NCBI GenBank assembly: GCA_023920165.1 | Contig: CP089277.1 | Coordinates: 248,001 to 312,000, forward strand | Direction: 5' to 3' | From: Curvularia clavata | Lineage: Eukaryota | Length of the DNA stretch: 64,000 nt | Shown: in pieces, positions 1-13,630 of the stretch | How positions within the stretch are numbered: position 1 is the first letter of the stretch | How the letters are laid out: each line of letters opens with the position of its first letter | Notes under the pieces: model-generated | What the model saw: the letters and a program-made list of their open reading frames with translations, nothing else | What the model was told of the DNA's origin: nothing | Database searches by the model: none | Translations under genes and position numbers: made by a program

Positions 1-922
1 ATATAGCCAAGAAAGTAGAAAAGTTTGCTCACGGAGCGAGTGAGTCGAGGTGAGAGTGAGTCGGTGACTTGCTATAGCCAAGGCCAAAACCGGGCTATGG
101 TTGCGAGCAAACGGACGCAGGCTGCCAATGATAGGCGACAGTGCCGTGAATACGAGGCCGGCCAATCAAAAGCGAGATGACAATAGCAAGACTGGACTGA
201 AACAAGTTTTGTAGAACAGCACTACATTCTGAAAAAGGTGTTCATTCACTGTGAGTGAGCGACAAAGCGTGGCCCAGCCACGGTTGGCTAGAGCTGGCTA
301 TGTGCTTGCGGGCGCAACTGGGAGATTAAGTCTTCACTCCTCACCATCACTACAAGTTAGAATAGGTGCGCTGGTCTACTGCATTCCATCTTGCTACTAG
401 GTGCGGTGCATATGTTCTTTAGAATTCAGGTACAGTATAGGGTCTGACACAACCAAACTAGAAAATCGAAGGCAAACTACCAACAATGAGGAACTGTGAT
501 ACATAACGCTATTCTTAAAAAGTAGGGACGTAAGTACTACGAACACAGTAAACAATGAATAACTGTGACAGCTACAGCTGCTTTCACAATCGTTCGCCAT
601 TTTTCGATTTCACCAGTTGTGGGAGAGGCGCATTAGTCTTTCTCCCTCCACAACATGACCTCGAATTCGAAATGTCATCACGAAATCTGCGAAGTGAACG
701 AAAGTATACACGAATATCAGACAGAAAAAGTTTCTTTTTTTTCTCAAAAGTTCATATTGACGATTACTAATAATCCTTCAATGTTCGTACACAAGGTCGG
801 AACATTATTATCTACAGCAGGACATTTTCTGGCTCATACAAATCAACAAAAGTGTCATCTACATGCACACAACTTTCACCAAAACAGATGAAAACAACAA
901 CAAAACTCGGAGAGCGACGCGA

Positions 923-3285
923 TTACAATGGAGGCGCATTGGGGTCCTCCATGCACTGGTCAACGCGCATAAGCTGCTTTCCAGTCTTCTTGGCAATCTG
1001 GATGAACTCCCTCAAGTAGCTGACAGTGCTGGGGTAGAGGTAGTGCAGCACAACCAAGTTACCACCCTTATTGACGTCCCTCTGGAAGGCAACCTTTTGC
1101 TGCTCGGGGGTGTCGGTCTCGGCCCACAGCCAGTCCTCGACGTCGACGCTCCAGTTCACAATGTAGGCATCGTTTCCGACGGCCTTTGTGAGACGCGAGC
1201 GCATACGGGCACCCTCGTTGCCAAAGGGAGGACGGAAGTACTTGGTTTGGTAACCGTTGAACTGCGACTTCATGGCCTTGACGTCCTCGTTGTACTCCCA
1301 GTCGATGGAATCGTAGTCGGGAAGGCCCTCCATCTTGGGGTGGGTGAAGGAGTGCAGAGCAAGCTGGTGACCGGCAGCCTGCATCTCCTTGTAGACGTTG
1401 GTCAGGTTGGTGGAGGCGTCAAGAAGGGGAGCGCCAACAGTGAAGAAAGTAACCTTGATGTTCTCCTCGCGGATGATCTTTAGAACTTCCTGGGCGAGGT
1501 CAGGCTGACCATCGTCAATGGCAAAGGCAAAGGAGTTGGGGCGCTTGCAGGCAAAGACAAGGTTGCCGGTCTGGTCCTTCTGGGGGATCTTGACATCTGA
1601 TGGGACAGAGGATACAATTTCAATGACGGAGAGAGTGACGGACTGGGTCGTGTGGAAACCCTTGAGCGCAAAACCCACGACTCGGCTGAGGTTGATGTTG
1701 AAATGGCTAATGGGAATGTAGATGTGGCCGTTCTTGGCGTAGCGCTTGGCCTCGGCAGAGTCCCAGGTCTCGGGGTAAGGGGCGATGGCAGTGTCGCACT
1801 TGCTGTTGTGTTGTTGGAAGGCGATGGTAAAATCAGTGGTACCCGAGTAGGCAATGTGAAGGTAAGATCCCTTGTACTTTGTGAAGTCAGAGCATCCGCC
1901 GGACACCTGGGTATAGAAGGAGTAGTCGGCGTCGGTGGAGGTGATGGTAAGCTGGTTGTTGGCATACTTGAGAGTCATTCCCTCGTCACCGCCGTGCCAG
2001 TTGCCCATCGCGTTGGTGTTAGCGTTGGCAAACTTGTCAATCACCAGGCCAGTAGCTGAAGGGTTGCTGGGTGCGGGTACCGTGGCTGTAGCACCAGGGT
2101 TAGAAGCAGGAGGTGGCGGAACGTACTCTCCAGAGTTGCCGCAGTAGAAAGCCATGGGTCCAAAGGAAGTAGTGCCGCTGAAGCCAGAGAACAGGATGGT
2201 GGTGAGCTTAGCCGTATTGAGACCCGAGAACTTGCTGAAGGGAATGGTGTACAGCTTCTCAGAACCATCAAAGGTCCATCCCAGGTCAGCAGAGGAGGCA
2301 TAAGTGGACTTGGCCTTGGTTGGGTCGCAGTTGTCAGAAGAGTCGAGCTGCAGGTTCAGCGAGGCGCCAGCAGGAGCCTGGATGCGGAGAGAGATTCCGT
2401 TGTATCCCTTGCTCTTTGCGTCAACACAAGGGAACTGGCTGTAAAAGTACGAGTTGGCCTTGGGGGCAAATTCAACTCGGTTCTTGCCAGGCTTTCCAAC
2501 AGTAATGGAGGTCATGGTACCATCGTCAGAGGTGGGTGATCCCATGGCGTTGTAGAACAAGAAAGTCAGACGAGATTGGGAGATCCAGTCATCAATCACC
2601 AAGGGAGAGCAGGTACCGGTGGCAGTGGGGACGGGAACTGTCTGCATAGTAGTCCTGGTGGACGACGCAGAGGTCCTGGTCGCTGGTGCAGAAGAAACCG
2701 AGGTGCCTCCAGAGGAGGAGCCGCATCCCAAGGCAATCTTGCTGAGTTGCCAAGTGGTGGTAGTGGACGAAAAGGTAGACCAGACAAATCCTGTGATGGC
2801 ATTTGCATTGGCGCCTGAGAACTGGGAAAGAGGGATGTTGATGGTCTGGGTGTTTCCAGTAAGCCCAGTCAGGGTGACCCACTTGGACGAGTATGTGGTA
2901 GCGGAACAGCTTGTCTTGGTCTGGATTTCCAGGGTTGCAGAGCCACCGGCAGGGCCCTTGATCTGGAAGTTGATGGAGTTGTATCCGTTTGTGGTGGCAG
3001 CCTGGCAATCAAATGTCTCGTAAAAGTAGGAGCTTGACTTGGGCTTGAAGGAAAGAACACCGTTGCTAGCTGAGATTGAGGTCATGGAAGCATCGTCTAC
3101 GTTGGTCAGTAAGCGCCGATGCCATGATTGCAGCCAGAACACGAACCGCTCGTCCAGAAACCCAGGCTGTTTTGGTTGGAAGAGAACTTTGAGAAATCGT
3201 CAACCTGGAGGGATGCGCTGCAAGCTGCGTTGACAGCCTGGGCGGCAAATCCGGCCGCGAGGCCTATTAAGGTATTGAGATACAT
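923..3285 (-). CDS. Secreted polysaccharide (chitin) deacetylase, CE4/NodB domain, preceded by three repeated beta-rich CBM-like modules; 2 exons, ~770 aa
   Basis: ATG at 3285 gives a signal peptide (MYLNTLIGLAAGFAAQAVNA). Intron 3097-3146 (GTTCGT..CTGAC..TAG) joins in frame to ...FWTSDDASM. C-terminal CE4 motifs: FAIDDGQP, HSFTHP, RPPFG, DVEDW, VLH. Stop TAA at 923. Confidence 0.92.
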
Positions 3286-5376
3286 GGTAAGTAAGCGAGT
3301 GTGGTGCAAAAGCGAATGTACAGAAGTCTAGGACTTCCAAAGACGGCGCGTCTCGACCCCTTCAGAGTTGACGGTGAGGGCGATGAGAAACAGACGATAA
3401 ATCGTGAGGAGCAGGTTTGGGAGCGAGGCTCCTATACATATATATTCGGCTCCGACCCGGCGGTATCAGAGAGTGGACTAGTGAGCTGGGCATGCAAGCC
3501 CTTCCCAGGCAGCCCTGTCGCAACAGGAACAGCACGAGCTATTTCAAGTAGCTTTTTTCCTAGGCGAGTGTAGATCTCGGGTGGGACGGGCATGGTAAGA
3601 GTGGCTGTTTGGTCCGATGGGCGCCCAGGGCACATGCGGTGTATCGTTTCTGGGCATTTGTGGGGCACAGCCTTTGCGAAGCAGGCATCCGGACCGCTAC
3701 CATTCCATAGTGGTGGACAGGTCCCTCGACAAAGCCTCAACGGTCGACCTGACGCAGGGTAGATGACAACATTGCTGGTCAAGCCCGAGCGGTCGACTTG
3801 TCGACAGGCTGCGAGTTGTCTTACATGTGACTACGCAGGGTATATGGTGTCCAGTCATGATGAAGATACGAGCAGGCATTCTTGGCTTCGCGCGGAGGCG
3901 AAGAGGAAGACTTGGCCAAATCCCCTAGCTGGGATGTCGTACGAGCAAGCACAGCGGGGGGGGGGGGGGTTGACAATGACGAGACACAGGCCGGCTGCAA
4001 GAAGCGAGGGGGCGCCTGGTGAACCACCAAAGCCATGGCCAGACGTCTGGAGACGATGGATACGGGCCGCCAAGGGGCGTTTCTCCCGATGTCTTCGACA
4101 GCGCAACATTGTGTATCGAAACGGCGTGTGGTCTCTGCATGGACAACGGTGCCTGTGCTGGCATAGTGGTGGGCGTTTGGCGCACACGTCCGGCCCGCTC
4201 GCAATACGATAGTCGCCTGACTTAAGGATTCCGATGGCGGGGATAGTGCATAAGGCATATAGTGGTTTTCCTCATGCGGCGCAGGCTACCGATGATGGTG
4301 TGTTGCTGGGAGTCGAGTCGAGTCGTGCGCATCGACAGCGCAGGAGGGAAGCCATAGTAGTACTAGCCGCACGTGGCTCTCTAAGCTCACGCCTCTCCCG
4401 TGCGAACACAGCGTCGGATCAGCCTCTACTCTGTTCTCTCGACGCCTTCTTGCTCAGCTCCATTCTCGCCACATGAAGACGGTCGCACAGGATTATCGAA
4501 GCTGCTGACGGAGCAATTTTGCCATGATGCCCCTGCCAAGCGCATCCTGCCTGGTTCTGCTGTTTCGTCTTCTGTCCCAAGACGGCTAGCGTATTGCCAA
4601 GCAATCCCTGTCGCAATCTCTCAGTGCCGGCTGTGCTCGCAGCTCCACGACCAGTGCTTCTTTTTCTCGATACGGCAAATCAGGACCACTCCCGGGCCAT
4701 TACATGTCCATGATATGGCTCTCGGGCCCTATCCGCCCAAACCAAAACAGCAGCAGCAGCCAGCAACGACAGGTCTTTGAGCCCTGCTATACCAGACAAG
4801 CACCCGGTTGAAATCCCAACCAATTCAGAGCATCCATCCTCAAAAGCAAGCAATTTCTAACATTTGCTGGCCACTACGTAGTCCTCTGTCCAGTCTCAAC
4901 AGCCAGCGTATCAAGCTACACGGATGCAGTGCCAAAGTCAATTGCAAACTATGGCCGTCCACAACCCCACGGCCCAGGCCCTCTAAAAGCGCCAAGTCGT
5001 TTTATGGATCCGCCGGTTCCTAGGCCTGACGATGGAAATAGTAACATGAGTGAAGGGACGGGGCCTACAGTCCCCAAAACACACTGGGTGGCTTGGCGCC
5101 CCTACGACTAATGAACTGCAAACATGAACTCTTATGACGACATACCCTCTGGGCATTGTCACGTGTTTGTTCGATCCAACTAGACGAGTACTGGGTTATT
5201 AACACGATAGTCCTTTAGTCCCAGAGATTGTTGACCACTTTTCACGATGAATGGTTTTCGTTTGCGAGTTAGATATGGCAGCATTCTTTGGCATGAGTCT
5301 CAACCAGGCCTCCCAACAGATTTATTCCTCTACATTCCAATACCCATCAATATGCAATCACATGGCCCATCCTTCC

Positions 5377-6243
5377 TTACCTCTCTTCTTTCACCCCGTC
5401 CACCCATGTATCCACAAATTCGTTGTAAAAGCACAAATGGCCTGCAATCGGCGCGCTTTCTGTCGTCGGATACCTATAGTACCACACCAGATTCTTATAC
5501 AGCTTTCCATTGACATTGACGTGGTAGTACTCAGCCTGTCCCTTGTATGGACACAGCGTCAACACATCGCTCGGGGTAAGATATTCCCACTTGATGCTTG
5601 TGGGGGGAATGTAGTACCGAGTTCTGAGCGTCGTTTCCAGGAGAAACAACGCGCTAGATGTCTCAGCTAGCGTGACACCATCGACGGCTACTCGGACGCT
5701 ACGAGATGACGGCAGAATGTCGATGCGTTTGTAGGGATCCTTGGGATGACAGTAAATCGGTGTGTCCTCTTCGAACCACTGGTCCATGGCGCGAAAGTCC
5801 ACTTTCACCAGGTCTTTGAGCACACCCGTATGGAAAAGAAGAATGCGATTAGTGCTGCGTGAGCCAATAGTTAGGGTGCCTAGGTGGGCGCCTCCGTCTG
5901 TACCGTCTACAGAAGATTGTTGAGACAGCTTTGCATCTTTGGTGAAACTCGAAATGGGTACAAAGTATCTTGACCAAGTCAGCAGCTGTAGCATTTAATA
6001 GCAACGGAAAAGGATTATTGCTATACTGTGGATATCGCAATTCCAGTTCCCAAACATGCTGTGCCTTTGTCGTATCGAAGGCATATTTTCCGTTGAAGAG
6101 ACCGCGTACCCGACGTGAAGTGGGTTCTATTCTGCGCGGTCCATCCCGGACAAGCCTCTGAGCCAGCTTTACAAGACTACAGTCGTTAGTTCCGACCAAA
6201 TGTACCATTGGTATGATTAAACTGACTCTGCTGTGGAAGCCAT
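5377..6243 (-). CDS. DUF427 domain protein (tandem DUF427); 3 exons, ~252 aa
   Basis: Introns 6177-6226 (GTCAGT..CTAAC..TAG) and 5969-6026 (GTATAG..CTGAC..AAG) join the two ORF-track frames. Motifs HPKDPYKRIDIL, ETTLRTRYYIP, CPYKG, LVWYY, LCFYNE. Confidence 0.88.
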
Positions 6244-7636
6244 TCCTGGTTGCTTCGCTGCACTATAATGTTTCTTGGAGAAGAACCACCTTTTGAAATT
6301 GCTCAGGGACGATATAGTCATGAGAATGCTGACGGATAGAAGGACCAAGTCGTGATGTCGTTCACTGGAGCGGGGGAGATGCATGGGTGGCAGGAATAGC
6401 CGAACTGCTTACACAACCTGAGAATTTCACCGAGATACCATAGTCATAGAAATGAGACTTTACGTGTAACTTGGGTATGCTTGCTGAAAGACGTCTGTGT
6501 TGCTGCAAAATGCTGCAGTGCTAATGGAAAGATAACTGTGAAGATCGCTGCGAACACGACAATGTATACCATTTCCCATAGTCTATCCACGCCATGGTAT
6601 AACGGTTTCGCGTCTCCATTGAGAATTTGCCCGCCTGCACTGTTTATTAATAAGTCAAAGAGTCATTCGGAGCATTATGATGCCTGTACATGTTCCGGGT
6701 CTATCCCCGCATGGTGGGGTACTGCCGTCATCTTGAACCTAATTATGCTTATGTTGGATATGCATCCGGGAAAGCCGCAATTGTAAACCCATCTTGAAAT
6801 ATTTCAGATGGTTCCCGCTTTGTTACAATTTCTTACACGATACGGTTTCCTCTAGATCGTGCCATCCATTTGTGGTCCTTTCGATTCCTCTACCTTCATC
6901 TTTTCACATATCTTGCTGCCTGCATCGGGGTCTGTAAAGTGATTGAATCAGGGGGTTTTGGAGTATGTTCGCAACCTTTGAGGTTCATAGGAAATATTTC
7001 AGAGAATGCCAATATATGAAGAATCGCAGATATTTCTACGGTTGTAAAGCCAGCTAGTGATGTCGACGCTTTTCAAATCATGTCAATCGATACGCTAGAT
7101 ACCCATGTAGAACACCTGTTCACCTCGTAAACTAACATGTCTTCGACCTGTTCCTAGTGAAAAGGCACTCGGATGCCCGCCATGATCCTTGCTTCAGCCG
7201 TCACTACCCAGCATTCTTATGTCAGCTCGAGTCTGGTCTCATGTCGGAGTTTCTGTCCAGGAACCGCAATCATAGAACAGGGATATTCCAAAGCCGACGT
7301 TCCCCCCGAGGCGATGGGCGGGTTGGGGGCAGATCTCTTACATGGCTGCTCGCGCTGATGTTGAGCGGCGGGCACGTGCCAGGTTCAGGGAGCCGGGCTA
7401 GACTGGCGCGCTCTCGACAACCGACGGGTGGACCAATGCGCCCTCATCGCCGCCTACACTACCGTACCACTACCACCACAGATCAGAGGGCTGTCCAATG
7501 TACTACGGCGACGTCGCCCGCCTATCCAGCGCCCACTCTACGTCATAACGCCGACCTCCCTCCCCTTCTCCATTGACCGCCGTCGACTCTTTTCTCCCCA
7601 CGACAATCGTGCCTTGGGGGGCCGAACAACACCAGT

Positions 7637-9105
7637 ATGCTGAGAGCAGTGGCTGGCCGTCTGACGCGACGGCCATGGAGATTCATCTTTCCGGGTCTCC
7701 TATTGTTCTTCTTCTTCTACTCCCTCTCACATCGCACCGGGTCGCGTACACAGGGGCCTGTACACAAGGCCAAGACCAAGTCGTTTTTTCCACCGTTAGA
7801 GACCAAGGCCGCCAATTCCATTGAGCTCGACTACTGCAAGAACTTCCCCACCAAGCTGCTCGAGGAGGTTCAAGTCGTACTCAAGGTCGCGTCCGACGGC
7901 GTACACGAAACCAAGGCTCACCTCAATACCGTGTCGAGCTGCATCACCAACCTGATCATAGTGGGCGACAGGGATGAGCGCTTGGGGGACCGACAGGTCA
8001 TTGATATCCTAGCGGAACTGCCCAAGAGCTACCAGAAGGATAACCTCGACTTTCAGGCATACGTTGCACAGAAAAAGGCACACGAGGGAGGCGAGACGGT
8101 CAAGGGACAGCAGAGGTCGTTCAAGCTCGACCGGTTCAAGTACCTGCCCATGGTGGACAAGGCTTACATCACCAACCCTACGGCCAAGTGGTTTGTCTTC
8201 CTCGAGTCAGATAATTACTTTTTCTGGGACACACTCTTCCGACTCCTCAGCCAGCTGGATCCCTCCGAGCCTCATTACATGGGTGAGCCGCACAAGGACT
8301 CTGAAGGCCGACAATTCGCCTACGGCGGGGCAGGCATCGTCTTGTCCCAGGGACTCGTCAGGAAACTCATTCCTGCAAAGGCAGTCGGATCGACCGAAAT
8401 CCCGCGAGAAAACCGCCTCAGTGTCCGATACGAGAACTGGGTAAAGGAAGAGCAACGTGGCGACGCCGTCCTTGCTTATGCCATTCAGAACGCGACAGGA
8501 CATAAGCTAGCGCCCATGCACCCTACCTTTGCGAGCGACGAGATCCACCGTGTGGTTACGACTAAAGAAAGGTGGTGTGTCCCGATGCTTTCGCTACATC
8601 AAGTCAGGCCGCAGCAGATGGAGGACCTGTGGAAATGGGAGAGGACCCGGCCATACAACACTGTGAGTTCTGCGTCATGAATGCGCCGACGCACACTTTA
8701 CTGACTTGACATTTGCAGAAACCATTCACCTACTCGTCCTTCCTCTCCTATACACACGCCTTCCTCTCCCAAGGTCCCAGCCGCGAATGGTGGGATAACC
8801 TCTCCCTTGCCCCCGTGCCCAATGATCGCCCCGCGCATCACAATGCCGGCTCGTGTGGTTCTGAATGCGCAGCCGATAACAATTGCCTCCAATGGTCATA
8901 TTCGCAGACTGTGTGTCGCCATGCCGACTACATCAAGCTCGGCAATGCCGTCGATAGAGAAAACGGTAACCAGGGCGAGTTTGTCAGCGGTTGGGATACT
9001 GCAAAGCTGCGGGCAATGGGATTTGGGGTCGAGGGAGAGAACGGGCAGCGCGAGTTCTACGAGGGTTGCGTCGAGGCCACCTGGCTAACTCCGCAGACGG
9101 GTTAG
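7637..9105 (+). CDS. Glycosyltransferase family 31 (Fringe-like) type II membrane protein; 2 exons, ~470 aa
   Basis: N-terminal TM anchor (FIFPGLLLFFFFYSL). Motifs LDRFKYLPM, KWFVFLESDNY, FAYGGAGIVLS, GDAVLA. Intron 8663-8718. C-terminal Cys-rich PAN-like segment (C..C...CLQWSY). Confidence 0.88.
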
Positions 9106-10503
9106 GCTCGGCGACGGGAGCGTTCCTGAGGCATGTAGATACACGTCGTTGAAGCCGTGTATAGGGAGGCGTTGCGGTTGCTTGTCAGCACGTTCATGCA
9201 TGGCGTTTTAGGTTGGCACATGATTTGGCTATGCGAAGCTTCGGGAGCAGCGTTGGCGGAACACGCCGCGGCGCGGGATGGAATTAAACACGGCAACTGG
9301 GAGATCTTGTTGTGGGTCTGGATATTGGAATCGCGTTGGTGAGCATCTATTGAACATAGCTTGAGCATTTTCTCCCTTGGCGCAATCTGGGACCCGCACT
9401 TGCTGGGAGTGTATCATGAAATACAAGACCAATCCACCCGTCACTCTCTCCTGGCAGATACTTGGCCTGGAAACTGCCGTTCGCGCCTTGGAGCCATGAG
9501 ATGTAGTGATACTGAGACAGAGCTGCGACAGGTTAGCGGCGGAGAGGTTATGTACATAGGGCTCGGAGCGCGGGCCTACTGTCCCATTTGGAGCAGCGCG
9601 AATCTGGAAACCTTACAATCCGGAAGCAATGGAACAACTCCCTTACCGAATTCACGGGCGACATCGACAGCTCTCGCAGAAATGGACTACTCCGGTGCCT
9701 CCGACCGCCTGTCACCACCACGACTGATGCGCTCGGTCGAGTTCGCGGCCCTTGCAAGCCTTGGCGGCGCTGGCGTGTTTGACGGCGCTTTTCGGTGGTT
9801 CCCTGATCAATTTTGGATCTTGCAGCATATCATGTCAACGGGCGGGCGATGAGATATGCAGTGTGTCAAGGGCGGCAAGAGAAGGAGGTGCTGTTACATG
9901 CAGGCCTAGCATCATGCAGAGCTGCAAAGGTAGACGGGATGCTGGTAGCAAACGCCTCCATTCCATCGTTTGCGCCATGGCTATGTACTTGTATGGAGAT
10001 GCAATTCCTGCCCCGTCGAAATTACCCGTTTCTCGAAGCCTTGGCTCCAAAGACGCGGGATGCCGGTCCGCTTGTCAGTGCACTAAACGCGCTGCATTTT
10101 ACCCCACAACCCAGTGACAAGCCGCCTCAAGGTGAGGATTGACCGTTTCGTATATTAATGCGGCCTTACTCTGACGTCGCCGGACCAAATGTGGGCAAAT
10201 GTGGAACACGCGAAGTGCCTGGCTCCCCTGTCATCGTAGACTAGCGGTCCCTTTCAGTCGACTCTGTCTAGATGAAAGGCACAATGAAACCACGAATTCG
10301 GCGATACAAAGTCGCCGCGCGGGAACACGTCGTGCTGACATGTAATATGGAACGTAAAAAGTCTATTCACTAGGATAATTACACAATAGCTCGATGTCCT
10401 GATCCTTTGTATAAAGGGAGGCTTAACGTAGTGTCTCAGAACAGTCTCCACAACACCAACTGCATTCACAGTCTCGACGACACTTCTCTTCACAATCATC
10501 AAC

Positions 10504-11420
10504 ATGTTCACTCAGACGCTCTTTTCCATGGCCCTAGCGGCCTCGGCTGCTTTCGCTGCACCCACCTCTGGCGCCACCCCCAAGTGCCCCATTGTTTTCG
10601 ACGGCCGTGTCCCTGTCAACGCCACTCCCGAGTCCTTCGACACCGCTGCCACCAACACCATCTTCAATGCTGGCTTCGTCAAGGGTAACAACTTGACCTG
10701 GTCGCAGATTCTCAAGTTCCCCAAGGTTGAGGCTTCCCGCTTCGACTGCGGCTTCAAGGCTGTTGAGGTCACCATCTCAGATGCATCCATCTTCCAGAAG
10801 CAGCTGGGATTCCGTCGCGCCGAACTCCAGTTCCTCAAGGACGCTGCCGATGGCGAGGGCGGCAAGGGTGTCAAGACTCTCCACTGGAGCGTCAAGCAGG
10901 ACCCCCAGAGGCCGTTGAACCTGACCCACGAGTACCTCAACGTCTGGCATGAGGCCGCTGATTTCAGCAGCAACCAGATCCAGTTCCAGACTGGATCTCT
11001 CATTGGCAAGAGTGATGCCGACAAGGCCAGCTTCAAGATCCTGGACCGCAACAACACTCAGCTGTTCGCTGTTCCCATGGACATGACCAACTGGCAGAAC
11101 TTTGCCGCCACCCTTGACTTCAACAAGAAGTGAGTCTCCCTAATTTCTGCCTCGAGTATTTTGACCAGTCATGATGCTAACGCCCAGCTAGCCAAGTCAC
11201 CATCTTCTACAGTGCAGGCAAGGCCGCGCTCAAGAAGGTCGCTGGCCCTCTCAACGTTAACCTTGCTGGTGGCGGCCAGTACCACATGGGCATGCTCAAG
11301 AAGCCCACCGGTACTTCTGACGTTGCCAACGCTGGTTTCCAGGAGTCTCCTCTTAATGAAGGCCAGATCTACGGTGGTCTCTTCCTCGAGGACTCGAGCA
11401 ACGGCTGCGTTTCTCTCTAG
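10504..11420 (+). CDS. Secreted glycoside hydrolase family 131 (beta-glucanase-like); 2 exons, ~284 aa
   Basis: Signal peptide, then CPIVFDGRVP, GFRRAELQ, LNLTHEY and QYHMG. Intron 11130-11191. Exon 2 reads QVTIFYS...GQIYGGLFLEDSSNGCVSL* (TAG 11418-11420). Confidence 0.88.
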
Positions 11421-12028
11421 ATGTGGCGTTGAAAAACATAGACGCCGGGACTTAGGGATTGGGAAAGAAATCGTTAGAGTGCAATGCTGATGCATGTTTT
11501 TTTGTCAATGCGCGCGTGGATCCGCGCTGTTTTGGAGGCTCTTAGTACGACAAATGCGAGAACTTTGTTGTCTGTAAATATATATTGCATGGTCTCGCGT
11601 TCAACCTCGATGTTGTTGTTCCAGCATATCTGCGTGTGCGTTGTGAAGACAAGCTAATGACCTACTAGGATCCCATTGGTAATGGTATGGTATAATCAAC
11701 CTCAGCATGTCTTATCCTATAAAAAAAACGAGTGGAATGCTGTGGAGCAGATTTTCAGGTACTATGATCTAGCATAGCTGTACCACATTTGAACCTGAAA
11801 GCAGCCAATCATACAAGCAGGAGTGCGGAGAGAAGATACATTTCCAAGTGCCGTTAAGCCCTCACACTCCGGCCTGCCTTTTTTGTACTAACGCAGGATG
11901 ATGGCATCACCCATTGCTCGAGTCCGGCCTACTAATGACTCCACCATTTCTCAGGATACAAAATGTAGTTTCTTTTCTCACCAGCAGCGCATTCAGCATT
12001 CTGCACACTCGCACCTCAGTCTTGAAAC

Positions 12029-12950
12029 ATGTCCAACTCCAACGATCTTGCTCCGTCCATCGACGTCAAGAACCTCAGCTATGCATTCCCGGACGGCTCC
12101 AGTGGGCTGAAGGACGTTTTTCTCAATCTGCCGCCGGGCAGCAGAACTCTGCTCATCGGAGGTGAGTCAGGCTTATGAATTTCAGCGCGCGCGGCGGGGT
12201 AACAGTTAGCTAACGCATACAACAGCCAATGGCGCGGGTAAGACCACACTGCTGCGGCTGCTCTCGGGCAAGCGCATGGCCCCCGCCGGCACTGTGAATA
12301 TTTCCGGCATTGATCCATTCAAGATGGGTTTGGAGGGCGTGACATATCTGGGTCTCGAATGGGTGCTGAACCCCATTGTGCGTACCGATATTGACGTTCC
12401 TACGCTCCTCTCCTCGGTCGGCGGCGACCACTACGCCGAGCGTCGCGACGAGCTGGTACGGATACTGGATATCGATCTGAGCTGGCGTATGCACGCCGTA
12501 TCGGACGGAGAGAGGCGGCGCGTGCAGCTTGCCATGGGTCTGCTGCGACCTTGGACGATACTGCTGCTGGACGAGATTACAGTAGACCTGGATCTGTTGT
12601 CACGCAGCAACTTTCTCAATTTCTTGAAAAAGGAAACCCAGGAACGGCCTTGTACTATCGTCTATGCGACGCATATTCTCGATAACCTTGCTACGTGGCC
12701 GACGCACCTGGTACACATGAGTCTGGGTAAGGTGAAGAAGTGGGGCAGCACAGAGGAAATGAATGTCAAGGTCGAGGCGGCTAGGGGCGAGCAATACACT
12801 GGCAACAGCCAGTTGGGTGAGCTGGTGCTCAAGTGGCTGCAAGAAGATTTGGATGAGAGAGGCCCAAGGAATGGCAAGGGAGAGGGTCTTACGTACCAAA
12901 ATCTAGAGGGAAAGGGTGGCTATGGCGCGGAGAAGAGGGCGGAGAGCTGA
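12029..12950 (+). CDS. CAF16: Soluble single-domain ABC ATPase, CCR4-associated factor 16-like; 2 exons, ~285 aa
   Basis: Intron 12162-12225 splits the Walker A motif GANGAGKT. Variant signature VSDGERRRVQ, Walker B LLLDE, H-loop YATH. No TM domain. Confidence 0.88.
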
Positions 12951-13630
12951 AAAAGTGGGGGTCCAATGAGATGAGAAACTATGGGCTTCAACAATGCACA
13001 TAGTAGGTTGAGGAGTAGGGATTTGGCACTTCAGGCGTTATTTTGGGGCGGAAACTCAACGATACCCTATTTTTCTTATATACTTCAACATGGGTTCAAT
13101 GGAGCACAAGGGTGCTTCTTTTTCGATTCTTATCCGTTTGAGACCTATATGTGCTGCTGCTGCCGCCATTTGCTGCTTGACGCCTTGTACACTTCGAGAT
13201 GCAGACATATTAAAGCAAAGGTAGAGGTTTCCTATTGAAATCGGTACAGAAGCTGTATCCCAACAAGATTTTCAAGATTCTAGAGCTGTACGTATAGTGC
13301 CAAGATTGTCTTGTCGCTCCTTGGTCGGATATGCTGAGCGCATCATTAGAAAGAATATCCAAAATCTCGGCGACTTTTGTAGCCTCACATAGGTACGCCC
13401 AACGGCGGATGCGTCGGAGCCTTGCCGAAACGAGCCGTCATCGGCTATGACGATCGTCATCGACTCAGTTTCGAAACGCCGTCTGACAATCTCTCTTCTC
13501 ATGTAAATGATATCTATGCCCCACGCACGGGTCTGTTCTGTTATTCCTTGCGCCCTGGAAAGGCTTTTGCGCATTGTTTTTCTGTGATCACGACGCACGG
13601 CCACGACTGTCCACCGCTGCCAATTCAAAC

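Noticed and set aside
1..310. Short repeats TATAGCCAAG x2 and GAGTGAGTCG x2 at the window start
   Set aside because: Too short and irregular. No TIR pair, TSD or coding remnant supports a mobile element.
863..2301. Long antisense or alternate-frame ORFs over the deacetylase (206, 161 and 135 aa), and similar shadows over GH131, ADH, GTPBP1, fasciclin (38761-39516) and GDPD
   Set aside because: They overlap well-supported genes, lack motifs and are the expected by-product of strong codon bias.
3763..5111. Several 70-150 aa ORFs and a G14 run
   Set aside because: No recognisable domains or coherent splice structure. Treated as intergenic.
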